The position numbers and the translations under genes are program-made. A stretch of DNA of 64,000 nt, from NCBI GenBank assembly GCA_030390025.1, contig CM059432.1:47494001-47558000 (forward strand), read 5' to 3'. A model generated the notes under the pieces. It saw only the letters and a program-made list of their open reading frames with translations, was not told the DNA's origin and did not search any database. Origin of the DNA: Squalus acanthias (taxonomy: Eukaryota). Every line of letters begins with the position of its first letter. Positions within the stretch are counted from its first letter, which is position 1. This document shows positions 1-14,400 of this stretch, piece by piece.

Positions 1-159
1 CAACTCCATCCCGCAGCATGCTACCCGCCACCACCTCAGCACAACCCCAGCCCGGCATGAGGTTGAAAAGGCCTCACTTTTTAATTGTGTGCTTGTGTAT
101 GATGATGCTTTATGTGATTTTAGTTTATTATTCAAATTTGCTCTCTTTTGCATTTCCAG

Positions 160-247
160 TGGAAGAAATTATAGACCAGGCTGACTATCTTTATGGCACT
201 GGAGAGGTGGCTAAGCTTTATCACCTTCTTATTGAACACAAGAGCAG
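160..247 (+). CDS. RMDN1: RMDN1 (regulator of microtubule dynamics 1 / FAM82B) internal coding exon, 88 nt
   Basis: ttccag|...AGCAG|gtaata; encodes (V)EEIIDQADYLYGTGEVAKLYHLLIEHKS, similar to vertebrate RMDN1. Upstream exons lie outside the window. Confidence 0.92.
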
Positions 248-1037
248 GTAATATAATACCCAAATTATACTGGAAATATTTAGAAGTGTTGTCAATTCTG
301 TAGATTGTCTGGTGCACTCGTTATTGGCACTTGTGCAATGTTTTGATGCAGTGAGAGCTTGGAATGTCTGAATTCTCCAAAAGCATCAATGGGAGTTGAG
401 GGGTCGCTGACTGTACATTCAGGCAGGAGCAAATGAAGTGTGCTTTTACCGTGTTTTTAGTAGCCCAAGGATGTTCAGCATGAATGAAACTTTAGTGATC
501 AATTGCGTGCATTGACCTCAAACCAAGTTAAATACATACATTTGAGTTAATTAGTGAGGGAGGGAGTATTTTGTATTGCCTTCTTTGGTGCAGAAGAGTG
601 AATGCTTTTGAAGCATTAATTGAAGAAGAAATTTTTTCACGATTGGAGTGGATGACTCTTGGCACAGACAGGTACCAAGTAAAATTCACACTGGCCTGAA
701 GCTTTCAGAAGGGAGTGGGATCAATCCATGATTCTGCAGGGATATGTGTATGGTGAGGAAAAATGAAAAATGATCAGGTTCTGAAATGGGACCTGGCTAG
801 ACTAAATTGCTTGTTCAAATTCATACGTTCTTATTTTCTTAAGCCTAGTGTTAACTGTGCCTTTATTGTGGCTTTCATATACTATCGGAAGCTGTTTGCA
901 CATAATTATTCAAATAGTGCAGCATTTATTTTTCAGTTACAAAAAAAACAGTTAACATTTCAAACTGACAGTCTTTGTAAATGCCTGCTCAAGTTTGATT
1001 TGTAATGTGTTCGCATAGATGCAGCTCACCCTTGGTA

Positions 1038-2611
1038 TACATAAGAAATAGCAGCAGGAGTAGGCCATTTGGCCCCTCGAGCCTGCTCTGCCATTCAGTA
1101 ACATCATGGCTGATCTTCTACCTCATCTCCACTTTCCTGCACTATCCCCATATCCCTTGATTCCCTTAATATTCAAAAATCTATCGATCTCTATCTTGAA
1201 TATACTCAACGACTGAGCCTCCACAGCCCTCTGGGGTAGATTCACCATGCTCTGAGTGAAGAAATTTCTCCTCATCTCAGTCCTAAATGGCCGGCCCCTT
1301 ATTCTGAGACTTAGACCCCTGATTCTAGACTCCCCAGCCAGGGGAAACATCCTCCCTGCATCTACCCTGTAAGAATTTTGTATGTTTCAATGAGATCACC
1401 TCTCATTTTTCTGAACTTTAGAGAATATAGGCCTAGTCTACTCAATCTCTCCTCCATAGGACAATCCCCCCATCCCAGGAACCAGTCTGGTGAACTTTTG
1501 TTGCACTCCCTCTATGGCAAGTATATCCTTCCTTGGATAAGGAGACCAAAACTGTACACAATACTCCAGGTGTGGTCTCATCAGGGCCTTATATAATTGT
1601 AGTAAGACGTTTTACTCTTATACTCAAATCCTCTTGTAATAAAGGCCAACATACCATTTGCTTTCCTAATTGCTTGCTGTACCTGCATGTTAACTTTGTG
1701 ATTCGTGTACAAGGACACCCAGGTCCCTCTGAACACCAACATTTCCCAATCTCTCACCATTTAAAAAATACTCTGCTTTTCTATATTACCTACCAAAGTG
1801 GATAACTTCACATGTATCCACATTATATTCCATTTGCCATGTACTTGCCCACTCACTTAGCCTGTCTATATCCCCTTGAAGCCTCCTTGCATCCTCCTCA
1901 CAACTTACATTCCCACCCAGCTTTGTATCATCAGCAAACTTGGATATATTACATTTGGTCCCCTCATCCAAATCATTGATGTAGATTGTGAATAGCTGAG
2001 ACCCAAGCACTGATCCTTACGGTACCCCATTAGTTACAGCCTGCCAACCCGAAAATGACCCGTTTATTCCTACTCTCTGTGTTCTGTCCGTTAACCAATC
2101 CTCAATCCATGCTAGTATATTACCGCCAATCCCATGAGCCCTAATTTTGTTTAATAACGTCTTGTGTGGCACCTTATCGAATGCCTTCTGAAAATCCAAA
2201 TACACCACATCCACTGGTTCTCCCTTATCTATTCTGTTAGTTACAACCTCTAAAAACTCCAACAGATTTGTCAAACGTGATTTCCCTTTCATAAATCCGT
2301 GTTGACTCTGCCCAATCCTATTATTATTTTCTAAGTGCCCTGTTACCACTTCCTTAATATTAGATTCTAGTATTTTCCCTACTACTGATGTCGGGCTAAC
2401 TGGTCTGTAGTTCCCTGTTTTCTCTCTTCTTCCTTTCTTAAATAGTGGGGTTACATTTGCTACCTTCCAATCTGCAGGAACTTCCAGAATCCATGGAATT
2501 TTGGAAAATAACAACCAATGCATCCACTATCTCTATAGCCACATCTTTCAAAACCCTAGGATGTAGGCCATCAGGTCGAGGGGATTTATCGGCTTTCAGT
2601 CCCATTAATTT
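1038..2611 (-). mobile_element. CR1/HER1-type LINE, 5'-truncated, frameshifted RT fragment with 3' tail
   Basis: RT motifs in broken ORFs ([27 protein letters not shown]); CR1 3' tail near 1040. Confidence 0.9.
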
Positions 2612-3395
2612 GGTGTAGGTGTAGTCGTATCTCCTCTGAGTTGTGCTGAACTGTGGAAGTAATTTGAAAGGTTTCATATTGGGGGAAAAAAAAATTCACT
2701 AAATTTCCAGGGAGGATGCAATTGTTCTAAACAAGTTGTATTATACAGTTTAGTGTACAAAGTAATCACTTAGTGATGTGAAAGATAAAGGTGATTTAAC
2801 AGTAGCTGCTTTTAATTGGTAAATGTAAGAATGTTCAAATAATTTATAGAATAAGCCACCATTGACATCATTGTAAAAGGTATGATATTGTCTTCTCTTT
2901 CATTTAAGATGATTTTTTTTTCCAATGAAGTTCGCTGTTTTTAATGCACGAGTTTTAAAGACGGCACAGATTTGCTGCAGACAACTCATGACGAATTCAT
3001 GGCAGCTTTTTATTAACTTGCAAAAAGAATAAACGGATACATTAAAACAGTTCAGTGCACTAATGCGTTATCATGCAGGGATAGGTTTTGGGTTTCTGCT
3101 GCAAGTTCTTGATCATGGTCACACCATGGTAGGGGATCAGGATGCCAGGCAGTGGCTAATTGTTTCTTCAGATAAAAAGAGTACAAATTGCGGACCATCT
3201 CAACCCAAGCCCATGTAGTCGCCAAGTATCACATTAGCATTGGCCTTCGAATGACTGATTGATTGGTTTGCCCACTTAGTCAGAAAATAGTGCTTGACCT
3301 AAAGAAATAGGAAAAATATGATTGGAAGAAAGAAGTTTATTTGAATGCAAAATTGCCGTTTCCAATAGACAAGTTGCACGCTGTGTTTCATCTAG

Positions 3396-3555
3396 TACAA
3401 ATGGTGAGCTTCTGTGGCGCCTTGCTCGTGCATCACGTGACTTGGCTCAACTGGAAAGCACCTCCACGGAAAAGAAGAAGCAGCTGACGTATGAAGCTTT
3501 GGAGTTTGCTGCGAAGGCACTGGAGAAAAACGAATTGAGCTTTGCCGCTCATAAG
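3396..3555 (+). CDS. RMDN1: RMDN1 coding exon, 160 nt
   Basis: tctag|...CATAAG|gtaatg; encodes STNGELLWRLARASRDLAQL...ALEKNELSFAAHK; phase matches previous exon. Confidence 0.95.
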
Positions 3556-3636
3556 GTAATGCATAGCATTTTGTCATGTTTTTTCAATTTTCTGCCATAT
3601 TTTGTGATCTTAATGGTTTTTTTAAATCTTGTACAG

Positions 3637-3726
3637 TGGTATGCTATATGCATCAGTGATGTTGGAGACTACGAGGGCATCAAGGCTAAAATTGCAAATG
3701 CTTATGTCATTAAAGAACATTTTCAG
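3637..3726 (+). CDS. RMDN1: RMDN1 coding exon, 90 nt
   Basis: gtacag|...TTTCAG|gtaagt; encodes WYAICISDVGDYEGIKAKIANAYVIKEHFQ. Confidence 0.95.
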
Positions 3727-3930
3727 GTAAAGTAGCAGGCAATAAATATGACATTTCCCAGTTGTACAATATCACTGCATTTATTTTTCGTGTTTTTTGT
3801 GTGAAAAGTAGTCCTGCTTCTATTAATGGTGAGATTGAGAAGCCTAATTTAGAGTATTTGGGAGAGGGGTTATAAATAAGTATAGTGAAGAAGCAAAGTA
3901 GTTTAAAATAGTAAGCACAAGATGTACCTT

Positions 3931-6369
3931 ATAGAAACATAGAAAATAGGTACAGGAGTAGACCATTCGGTCCTTCGAGCCTGCACCGCCATTCAATGCG
4001 TTCATGGCTGAACATGCTACCTCAGTACCCCATTCCTGCTTTCTCGCCATACCCCTTGATCCCCTTAGTTGTGAGTGTTATATCTAACTCCCTTTTGAAT
4101 ATATTTAGCGAACTGGCCTCAACAACCTTCTGTGGAAGAGAATTCCATAGATTCACCACTCTCTGGGTGAAGAAGTTCCTCCTCAGCTCAGTCCTAAATG
4201 GCTTCCCCTTAATCCTTAGACTGTGACCCCTGGTTCTAGTTTTCCCTACCATTGGGAACATTCTGCCCGCATCTAATTTGTCTAAACCAGTCAGGATTTT
4301 AAATGTCTCTATAAGATCCCCCCTCATTCTTCTGAACTCCAGAGGATACAAGTTCAGTTGACCCAATCTTTCTTGATATGTCAGTCCGGCCATCCCAGGA
4401 ATCAATCTAGTGAACCTTCGCTGCACTCCCTCAATAGCAAGAATGTCCTTCCTTAAGTTAGGAGACCAAAACTGCGCACAATACTCCAGGTGTGGCCTCA
4501 CCAAGGCCCTGTACAACTGTAGCATCACCTCCCTACTCCTGTACTCAAATCCCCTTGCTATGAAGGCCATCATTCCGTTTGCTTTCTTGACTGCCTGCTG
4601 CACTTGCATTCCCACCTTCAGTGACTGATGTACCATGACGCCCAGGTCTCGTTGCACGTCCCCTTTCCCTAATCTGCCACCATTCAGGTAATAGTCCGCC
4701 TCTCTATTTTTACCACCAAAGTGGATAACCTCACATTTATCCACATTGTACTTCATCTGCCATACATTTGCCCATTCACCCAACCTGTCCAAGTCACTCT
4801 GTAGCCTCCTAGCATCCTCCTCATTGTTCACACTGCCTCCCAATTTAGTGTCATCCGCAAATTTGGAGATATTACATTTAATCCCTTCGTCCAAATCATT
4901 AATATATAATGTAAACAGCTGGGGTCCCAGCACCGAACCCTGCGGTACCCCGCTGGTCACTGCCTGCCATTCTGAAAAGTACCCATTTACTCCTACTCTT
5001 TGTTTCCTGTGTGCCAACCAGTTCTCAATCCACGTCAACACATTACCCCCAATCCCATGTGCTTTAACTTTGCTCACCAATCTCTTGTGTGGGACCTTGT
5101 CGAAGGCCTTCTGAAAGTCCAAATACACCACATCTACTGGTTCCCCCCTGTCCACCCTATTGGAAACATCCTCAAAAAATTCCAGAAGATTTGTCAAGCA
5201 TGATTTCCCTTTCACAAATCCATGCTGACTTGGACCTATCATGTCGCCACTTTCCAAATGGTCTGTTATGACATCTTTAATAATTGCTTCCATCATTTTA
5301 CCCACGACCGATGTCAGGCTGACCGGTCTATAATTCCCTGCTTTCTCCCTCCCTCCTTTTTTAAAAAGAGGGGTTACATTGGCCACCCTCCACTCCATCG
5401 GAACTGATCCAGAGTCTAAGGAATGTTGGAAAATGATCGTCAATGCATCCACTATTTCCAAGGCCACCTCCTTAAGTACTCTGGGATGCAGACCATCAGG
5501 CCCCAGGGATTTTTCAGCCTGCAGTCCCATCAATTTCCCCAATACCTTTTCCCGACTAATAAGGATTTCCCTCAGCTCCTCCCTCTTACCAGATCCTCTG
5601 ACCCCTTTTATTTCCGGCAGGTTGTGTGTGTCCTCCACAGTAAACACCGAACCAAAGTACTTGTTCAATTGATCTGCCATTTCCTTGTTCCCCATTACGA
5701 CTTCCCCTGTTTCCGACTGCAGGGGACCTACGTTTGTTTTTACTAACCTCTTTTTACATATTTATAGAAGCTTTTGCAGTCCATTTTAATGTTCTCTGCA
5801 AGCTTCCTTTCATATTTTATTTTCCCTGCCCTAATCAAACCCTTCGTCCTCCTCTGCTGAGTTTTGAAGTTCTCCCAGTCCCCGGGTTTGCTGCTACTTC
5901 TGGCCAATTTGTATGCAACTTCCTTGGTTTTAATACTATCCCTGATTTCCCTTGTTCGCCATGGTTGAGCCACCTTCCCTTTTTTATTTTTACGCCAGAC
6001 CGGGATGTACAATTGTTGTAGTTCATCCATGCGATCTCTAAATGTCTGCCATTGCCCTTCCACTGATAGCCCCTTAAATATCGCTTGCCAATTTAACCTC
6101 GCCAATTCACGCCTCATACCCTCAAAGTTGCCCTTATTTAAGTTCTGGACCATGGTCTCTGACTTAACTGTTTCCTTCTCCATCCTAATGTAGAACTCCA
6201 CCATACTATGGTCACTCTTCCCCAGGGGGCCTCGTACCACAAGATTGCTGATTAGTCCCTCCTCATTACACAACACCCAGTCCAGGATGGCCTCCCCTCG
6301 AGTTGGTTCCTCAACATATTGGTTTAGGAAACCATCCCTTAAACACTCCAGGAAATCCTCCTCCACCGT
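3931..6369 (-). mobile_element. young CR1/HER1 LINE, 5'-truncated inside APE; 557-aa RT ORF preceded by one frameshift near 5745
   Basis: ORF 4022-5695 has complete RT motifs (GVPQGSVLGP, FADD); ORF 5743-6366 has the APE C-terminus (ILDWVL, KSDH); TGTTTCTA-type tail at ~3932. Confidence 0.95.
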
Positions 6370-8410
6370 ATTATGGCAGGTAGGATCAAGGTTAAAAGGA
6401 ATAATAAAGGAAATTAAAAAAAAAAATAGAAAAAGGTTATTGAGTGATATGAATGGGTCAGGATTGTAGTGTTTATATGAAAATACATAAAACAGTAGAA
6501 GTAGGGAAATATAGGCACTAAGCGTATTGTTGACGGAAACATGACTTCAGCTCCGTCCCAGCCCTACCGCAACTGAATATTTCTAGATACAAAGTTTTCA
6601 ACAGAGCTAGCGGAGGAAAGAAGGGCTTGTTAATTAAGGACTGTATAACGGGTGTAGAAAGGAAAGGTTTTATCAATGGTGCTCAGATGGGAGTCTGTCA
6701 GTGAATTGAGTTAAAGAATAATAGATGCTGGTCAATCTTCCATGGACTTTGCATACAGCCAGTCTGTGTAGTTTTCAGGTGAATTGGGTTAGAGAGTAGG
6801 GGATAATTGGACCTTAATCTTTCCTTAATTAGTACATTGCTTGTCCAACAAGGAAGGATGCATACCTAGCCCTGGAAAATGAAATAGGACAGGTAAGAAA
6901 CCTGCAAGGAGAACATGTGTGAAATAATAACCATAACCTGACTAGACTCATCTTGAAAATGGATAAAGAAAAATAGGTGTTGGACTGTAAATTAGATCAT
7001 TCCAGTGCGATAAAAGGGAACTAGCCCAGATTAATTCATTGGAAAAAATAGCAAATCCAACAATGGATATATTTAAGTATCAAAATGGATACGGTACAGG
7101 TTCATTGTATTCTAACTAGGAGTAAATGAAGTGCGACAAAGGCAGGGGTTCGATGGATAAATTAGAGCAAAAATGAGTTTTAGAAAAGAGACGTATATTC
7201 ATTGTGGGGGTGAATAATATAGAATAAATATGAGAAATATAAATAGTTTAGAAGGATAGAAAAAAGGAGATTAGGAAGACTTAAGAAGGAGTATGAAAAA
7301 GATTAGTGGTCAATATAAAGAGAAATAGAAAAGGCTTTTATAAATATAAGTAAATGGGCAGTCAAAAAGAGGGCATCTTTTTAAACAAGAGTGAGGGAAT
7401 AGCAGTGATAAGTATTTCACTTCAGTTTTTGTCTGGTCATTGTCACATTGCTGTTTGTGGGAGCTTGCTGTGCACAAATTGGCTGCTATGTTTCCTACAT
7501 TGCAACGGTGACTACACTTCAAAAGTACTTCATTGGCTGTAAAGCGCTTTGGGACGTCCTGAGGTCGTGAAAGGTGCTATAAATGCAAGTCTTTCTTTCT
7601 TAAATGTAGAAGTCACCAGGCCTTGATGGTATTGAGGGAAATTGTTATGAAGTATGACTAATATTCCTTCATTCTCAAGAAAATACCATATTTTTTCAAA
7701 AATCCTTGGAGATGGGATTTGTGCAAAAAGACTGGAGGGTGACAAATGTTACACCTGTATTCAGGAAAGGGATAATTCAGGAAATAAGTTGTGGGTAATC
7801 TTCTAAAGTCTATAATACGAAATGAAATTTGTCAAGTATGATCTTTCTGAAATCCATGTTGGCTGCTTCGAATTATTTTCTCCTCATCTTGATATTTAAC
7901 TAAAGATTCCAAATTTTCCCCATCACAGCTGTTAAACTAACTGGCCTGTAATTGTCCAGGTTAGTGTTCTCTTCATTTTTGAAAATGGGTATTACATTGG
8001 CCACTCTCCAGTTCCCCCTTCCTCAATAGAACCCTAAAATACAATTTCTCAGGCTCCCTCTATATCTTCTCCCATTTTCCTTAGGATCCTTGAATGGTCT
8101 GAGTACTCTGTTCTCTTTTAGCTTAACTAATGTCTCCCAATACTGTACTTCCTTTTTATTTATCATAATATCTCTCGTCTCATTTTTAACCAATTCAGGA
8201 TTCATCGCCTTCCCCAAATCCTTCTATTTTGTAAGCACTGAAGTAAAGTATTTGTTAAGTAACCTCACCAATTTCTCTTCGTCCTCTACTAATTTGCTAT
8301 CCTCTCTTTGTGGGGGCGGTTGGTCTAGTCTCACATTTAACAATTCTGGTTGAACGTTTTTGTAGTTATTGCCCAGATTGCAATTTTTCCTTTTATATTT
8401 GCTTTTTGTT
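6370..8410. mobile_element. highly decayed old CR1 fragments (+ strand to ~7830, - strand ~7830-8410)
   Basis: Residual similarity to CR1 APE, linker and RT sequence seen in younger copies; no long ORFs. Confidence 0.5.
7430..7598 (+). mobile_element. 3' half of a DeuSINE (SacSINE1-like)
   Basis: Near-identical to 18655-18810 (aaattggctgct...ttcaaaagtact...ataaatgcaagtct). Confidence 0.75.
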
Positions 8411-9664
8411 TTATAAATTAGAGTGAGAAATTGCTCATAGTAAACGGGACGCAAAATGTATTAATCTGTTGCTGAAGGGAAGCTGGTATTAAGCTGCCCC
8501 AAAGAGTATAAATTCTAATTACTGTAATTAAACACAGCCCGAAGTCAGTTAGAGTTCAATTACTGTTTGATGAGAGAAGTTTGCAGACCGGAAGGTGCGT
8601 GTAAATGTCTGGCTCCAGGTCAGCATGAAATAATTACCTTTCTTTCTCTTTTATATACTTTTGAAATGTCAGAAGTCTAATGGATGCTTTTAAATAGATG
8701 ACTTAAATGTCCTGCTCATACACCAGATAAATATCAAATGCAACTGGTCCAAGTGTATTATCTGTTTATGGAATTGGTATAAAATTAATCTGTCGGGGCG
8801 ATTTCCTCCTTGCGTTAGTTGTAACAATATTGTAAATGGTTTCTGTATAAACCCAATTTACAATTGCGGAGTAGTCCATGTTAGAGTTGGATCTGCTCCT
8901 CATTCCAGTTAGACACCACAGAAAAGATCAATAATACTACAATTGGACAGTCTATAAATGCAGCCCTCTCTTGATAAATTAATCTCGGGACCGAACAAAA
9001 AAAATACACTTTATGCAAATGTAAGTGCACTGCCTCAGTCTTTACACAGTCAGTCAGGAGAGTATATTGACATCTTCAGCCAGATTATCGAATTCCTCAG
9101 CCTCACCTGAATGTTTTTCCTGGGTGGCTTTTACATGGGGTGTGTAAGTGGACCTGTTGCTGAGACTGGAGTGGTAGTTAAGAGCCCCCAGGTCAAATGG
9201 TTGTGCCATGTAGCTGTGAGTCTTGGGGATGGGATGAGGGCAGAGGTAGCACAATCTCTCCTTCTGCACTGGCAGAAAAGCCTTCACCTACTCCATGAGC
9301 GGAGAGCTGGCTGGCAGTTAGTGAACTCTGCTTTGTCATTCACTCCCCATTCATTCTCCAAGGGAACTCTCCCTGCTGACATCAAAATCACACACCAAAA
9401 TGTTAAATGTGCACTCTAGCTGTACATCATGGGCAGCAAACTTGAGCTAGAAACTTTGGGTGTCTTTGCAGCCATACAAAAATAGTATTGCAACCAAAAA
9501 ACCGCTGTGAAAAAGTATGTTGAATTGAGAGGTATCTGTATATTAAAAATAAAGGCCTTTCTGAAATTCAGCCATACAGATGGAAAAACTTGTATAAACT
9601 GAGGAATTAAGAAAATTTATAAGATGATGGAGAAATTATTTGAAAAACTTTTCTTCTCTTTCAG

Positions 9665-9720
9665 AAAGCCATTGAGCTTAATCCCAAAGATGCAACATCA
9701 ATTCATTTAATGGGATTGTG
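9665..9720 (+). CDS. RMDN1: RMDN1 coding exon, 56 nt
   Basis: tttcag|AAAGCC...TTGTG|gtagga; encodes KAIELNPKDATSIHLMGL(W). Confidence 0.95.
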
Positions 9721-10341
9721 GTAGGAACTTTATCATGTGTGGTAAATCATTCGTTCTACTTATTGAGAGTTTGTGTCTGTTATTCTAACTAGCCCAGTAA
9801 TACCAAGACAGTGATGACTAGTGGAATTATACGTTCCAGGTGATACAATTTGTGTAAAAATAAAAAAGTAATTAATAAAATTCATCATTGGAATTTGGAC
9901 TATCTGACCTTTTTGCTCTTTAAAAAAAAAAACATTTTGTTGTACTATTCTGTTTAAGAAAATATGACTAAATATTTCACTTCCTCTGCTTTATTCGCAG
10001 TTACCTTTATTACACTATCCAGTTAGAGATTAATAGATAAGCCTGCTGAAAACAAATGGATACCTATTCCACTAAGAGCAATCTGTGCAGCGTTCTGCAA
10101 TTTGTGTGTGTTGGGTGAGGAGTTGAGGGGAGTAGTCAAAACTGCTAATACTGGCCCTGTGAATGGTGCAGACGGCTGATCCTACATCACAGTTGTTACA
10201 TTTATTGACTTAACGCTGAATAACCAGCAAAGTGAAGATTGTCTGTCGCCCATTAGTCAGATGGTGTTAAATTCCCAATCATAACCTGTTTGGATGAAGA
10301 TGCAGCTGAGTGTTTAATTCATTCACATTTTTTTTCTCTAG

Positions 10342-10429
10342 GTGTTTCACATTTGCAGAAATGCCCTGGGTCCAACAGAAAATAGCTGCTATGTTCTTTA
10401 CCACACCGCCAAGCTCCACTTATGAAGAG
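10342..10429 (+). CDS. RMDN1: RMDN1 coding exon, 88 nt
   Basis: ctctag|...GAAGAG|gtaatg; encodes CFTFAEMPWVQQKIAAMFFTTPPSSTYEE. Confidence 0.95.
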
Positions 10430-11424
10430 GTAATGTAAACCCAATAACTCAGTGTTGTATTTTGTAGATCAATGTGAAATTGCAACAAAAAAAAAATGTT
10501 TTGTAATGGTCTTTTACAACTTGCTGTCTTTTGATTAGTTTCTATTTCCTTCCCATGTTTGGTCTTCACAGGCCACAAGTGCAGCTGTGAGCTGTTCCCT
10601 GACTTAAGCTGCTCCAAAAACGGCATTAAGAGACGCACAAGTGAGCTGGTGACTTCCTTCAGTGTTCTTTCTTCACAATGACATAGCTGAGATCAGAATT
10701 TCAGAAAAGGGAAGGCATTGTGGACATGATCTCCCCATCCCTTCCCTCTGTGTCGCTCTGCATTGTGCTGCTTCTTGTCATGGCCTCTACTGAGGCCAAT
10801 ATTTACATTCACCCAAGGAAAACATCATTCAGATAGCACTCCTTTTCAGGAGTCTTATACCCCTTAAACCATTTGAATTAAGTTGTCCCCTTTCAATTCC
10901 ATACCATCCACTACTGTATAAAAGATCTGCCCACAGTTCGGTCCTCAGTTCCTTTATCCTCTGGTGTCAGCAGCAGTGTTATAACTGCAGTTCTCCCAGT
11001 AGGAAAAGATCTTAAAGCTTTGTCATCTTGTTATCCGTCAACTTCAACATAGCCTATGCTATTCTGTAACTTTAAATTTCTTACAAACGCGTGTGGTTAG
11101 TTTTGTCATCTTCAATCATTGAGCTTTAGCTTTTTGTGTTTTAGGTATTCAAAGTAATAACCTTATCCGAATTGTTTGCTTAGAATTGTCTCCAACTTCA
11201 ATTTTATGCAATTTTTTCCACCACCTTGCTTTCCTGAGATCAAACACAGATTTTACTATCGGGAATGATGGAACAGGCTGGGGCTCTTTGCTCCTGGAAA
11301 AAAGAAGACTGAGGGGTGACCTAATAAGAGGTCTTTAAAATTATGAAGGGGTTTGATAGGGTAGACGTAGAGAAGATGTTTCCACTTGTGAAGGAATCCA
11401 ATACTAGGGGCCATAAATATAAGA

Positions 11425-14400
11425 TCATAGAACGATACAGCACAAAAGGAGGCCATTTGGCCCATCGTGCTTGTGCCGGCTCTTTGGTAGGCCTGTAATT
11501 TTTTTCCCTTCAAGTATTTATCCAGTTCCCTTTTGAAAGTTACTATTGAATCTGCTTCCATCACCCTTTTAGATTCAAGATCACAACAACTTGCAGTGTA
11601 AAGAAATGTTTCCTCATGTCGCCTCTGGTTCTTTTGCCAGTGACCTTAAATCTGTGTCCTCTGATTACTGACCTTTCTGCCACTGGAAACAGTTCTCCTT
11701 ATTTACTCGATCAAAACCGTTCATGATTTTGAACACTGCTACCAAATTTCCTCTTGACCTTCTCTGCTCAAAGGAAAACTACCCTAGCTTCTCCAGTCTC
11801 CGTATAACTGAAGTCCCTTATCCCTGGTACCATTTTAGTAAATCTCTTCTGCACCCTTTCTATGGTCTTGACATCCTTCCTAAAGTGTGGTGCCCAGAAT
11901 TGAACACAATACTCCAGCTGAGGCCTAACCAGTGTTTTATAAATGTTTAGCAGAACCTCCTTGCTTTCATACTCTCTGCCTCTATTAATAAAGCCAAGGA
12001 TCCCATATGCTTTTTTAACAGTCTTATCAACATGTCCTGCCTCCTTCAAAGATTTGTGTACCTACACCCCCAGGTCTCTCACTTCCTCCACCCCCTTTAA
12101 AATTGTACCATTTAGTTTATACTGCCTCTGCTCATTCTCCCTACCAAAATGTATCGCTTCACTTCTCTGCATTAAATTTCATCTGCCATGTGTCTACCCA
12201 TATCACCAGTCTGTCTATGTCCTGAAGTCTGTTACTATCCTCCTCCATTGTTTACTACATTTCCGAGTTTTGTGTCATCTGCAAACTTTGAAATTATGAC
12301 CTGTATACCCAAGTCCAGGTCATTAATATATATTAAAGAGCAGTTGTTCTAATACCGAACCCTGGTGAACACCACTGTATACTTCTCTCCAGTCTGAAAA
12401 ACAACCGTTCACTGCTACTCTCTGATTTCTGTCCCTCAGCCAATTTTGTATTCACACTGCCACTGTCCCTTTAAATCCATGGGCTTAAATTTTGCTAACA
12501 AGAATAAAACCGGAAGGACCACTTGGCATCGGCACCGGCTACGGACACGACAATGGCACACCCAGCCCAGTCGACCCTGCAAAGTCCTCCTCACCAACAT
12601 CTGGGGACTTGTGCCAAAATTGGGAGAGCTGTCCCACAGTCTAGTCAAGCAACAGCCTGACATAGTCATACTCACAAAATCATACCTTTCAGCCAATGTC
12701 CCAAACTCCTCCATCACCATCCCAGGGTATGTCCTGTCCCACCGACAGGACAGACCCACCAGGGGTGGCAGCACAGTGGTATACAGTCGGAAGGGGTGGC
12801 CCTGGGAGTCCTCAATATTGACTCCGGACCCCATGAAGTCTCATGGCTTCAGGTCAAGCATAGGCAAGGAAACCTCCTGCTGATTACCACCAACCGATCT
12901 CCCTCGGCTGATGAATCAGTACTACTTCATGTTGAACACCACTTGGAAGACGCACTGAGAGTAGCAAGGGCACAAAATGTACTCTGGGTGGGGGACTTCA
13001 ATGTCCATCACCAAGAGTGGCTCGGTAGCACCACTACTGACCGAGGTGGCCGAGTCCAGAAGGACTTGCCTGCCAGTCTGGGCCTGCGACAGGTGGTGAG
13101 AGAACCAACACAAGGGGAAAAACCTACTTGACCTCGTCCTCACCAATCTACCTGTCGCAGATGCATCTGTCCATGACAGCATTGGTAGCAGTGACCACCG
13201 CACACTGAGGACACCCTCCATCGTGTTGTGTGGTACTACCGCTGTGCTAAATGGGATAGATTCAGAACAGATCCAACAGCTCAAAACTGGACATCCATGA
13301 GGCGCTGTGGGCCATCAGCAGCAGCAGAATTGTATTCCACCACAATCTGTAACCTCATGGCCCGGCATATCCCTCACTCTACCATTACTACATTGTCTCT
13401 CAAAATTTCCCAACCACCGACGTTAAAATGACTAGCCTGTAATTGCCTGGTTTATCCCCTTCTCCTTTTGTAAACAGGAATGTAACATTTGCAATCCTCC
13501 TGTCCTCTGGCACCACCCCCGTATCTAAGGAGGATTGTAAGTTTGTGGCCAGAGCCTCTGCAGTTTCAACCCTTACTTCCCTCAGTAACCTAGGATGCAT
13601 CCCATCTGGACCGGGTGACTTTTCTACTTTGAGGACTGTCAACCTTTTAAGTACCTCCTCTTCACCTATTTTTATCCTATCAAATATCGCTACTACCTCC
13701 TCCTTTACTGCTACATTGGCAGCATCCTCTTCTCTAGTGAAGACAGATGCAAAGTACTCATTTAATTACCTCAGCAATGCCCTCTGCCTGCACAAGAATA
13801 GCTCCTTTTTCAGTTCCTAATCAGCCCACCCTTCCTTTGACTACCCCTTTACTATTTTTAAGTTTATAAAAGACTCTAGGGTTCCCTTTTATGTTGGCCG
13901 CTAATCTATCCTTGTACTCTCTCTTTGTCCCTCTTATTCCCTTTTTTAAGATCCCCTCTGTACTTTCTATATTGAGTTTCATGCTCTACTGTATTATGTA
14001 CCTTACATTTGTCATAAGCCTCCTTTTTCTGACTCATTTTAATATCTATATCTTTTGTCATCCAGGGAGTTCTAGCTTTGGATGCCCTTCTTTCCCCCTC
14101 ATGGAAATATGCCTATTCTCTACCCGAACCATCTCCTCTTTGAAGGCCTTGCATTCTTCAATTATTGTTTTGCCTACCAATTTTGATTCCAATCCACCTG
14201 GGCCAGATCCCTTTTCAACACACTGAAGTTAGCCCTCTTCCAGTTAAGTATTTTTATACTATATTGTTCCTTGTCCTTTTCTATAACTTTTCTAAACCTG
14301 ATGATATTATGATCACTGTTTCCCCAAAATGTTCCCCCACTGAAACATAGGAACAGGAGTAGGCCATTTAGCCCCTTGACTCTGTTCTGCCATTCAATTA

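Noticed and set aside
18..251. 77-aa ORF with a hydrophobic N-terminus joined to RMDN1 sequence
   Set aside because: Only 160-247 is exonic; the upstream part is intronic polypyrimidine tract read in frame.
3855..3885. Possible third CR1 ORF1/ORF2 junction (ggagaggggttataaataa)
   Set aside because: Too decayed to establish homology or frame; not counted as evidence for or against frameshifting.
4022..5695. 557-aa reverse transcriptase ORF as a host or domesticated gene
   Set aside because: Lies in a 5'-truncated CR1 with an upstream frameshift and a typical tail; many paralogous fragments occur in the window.
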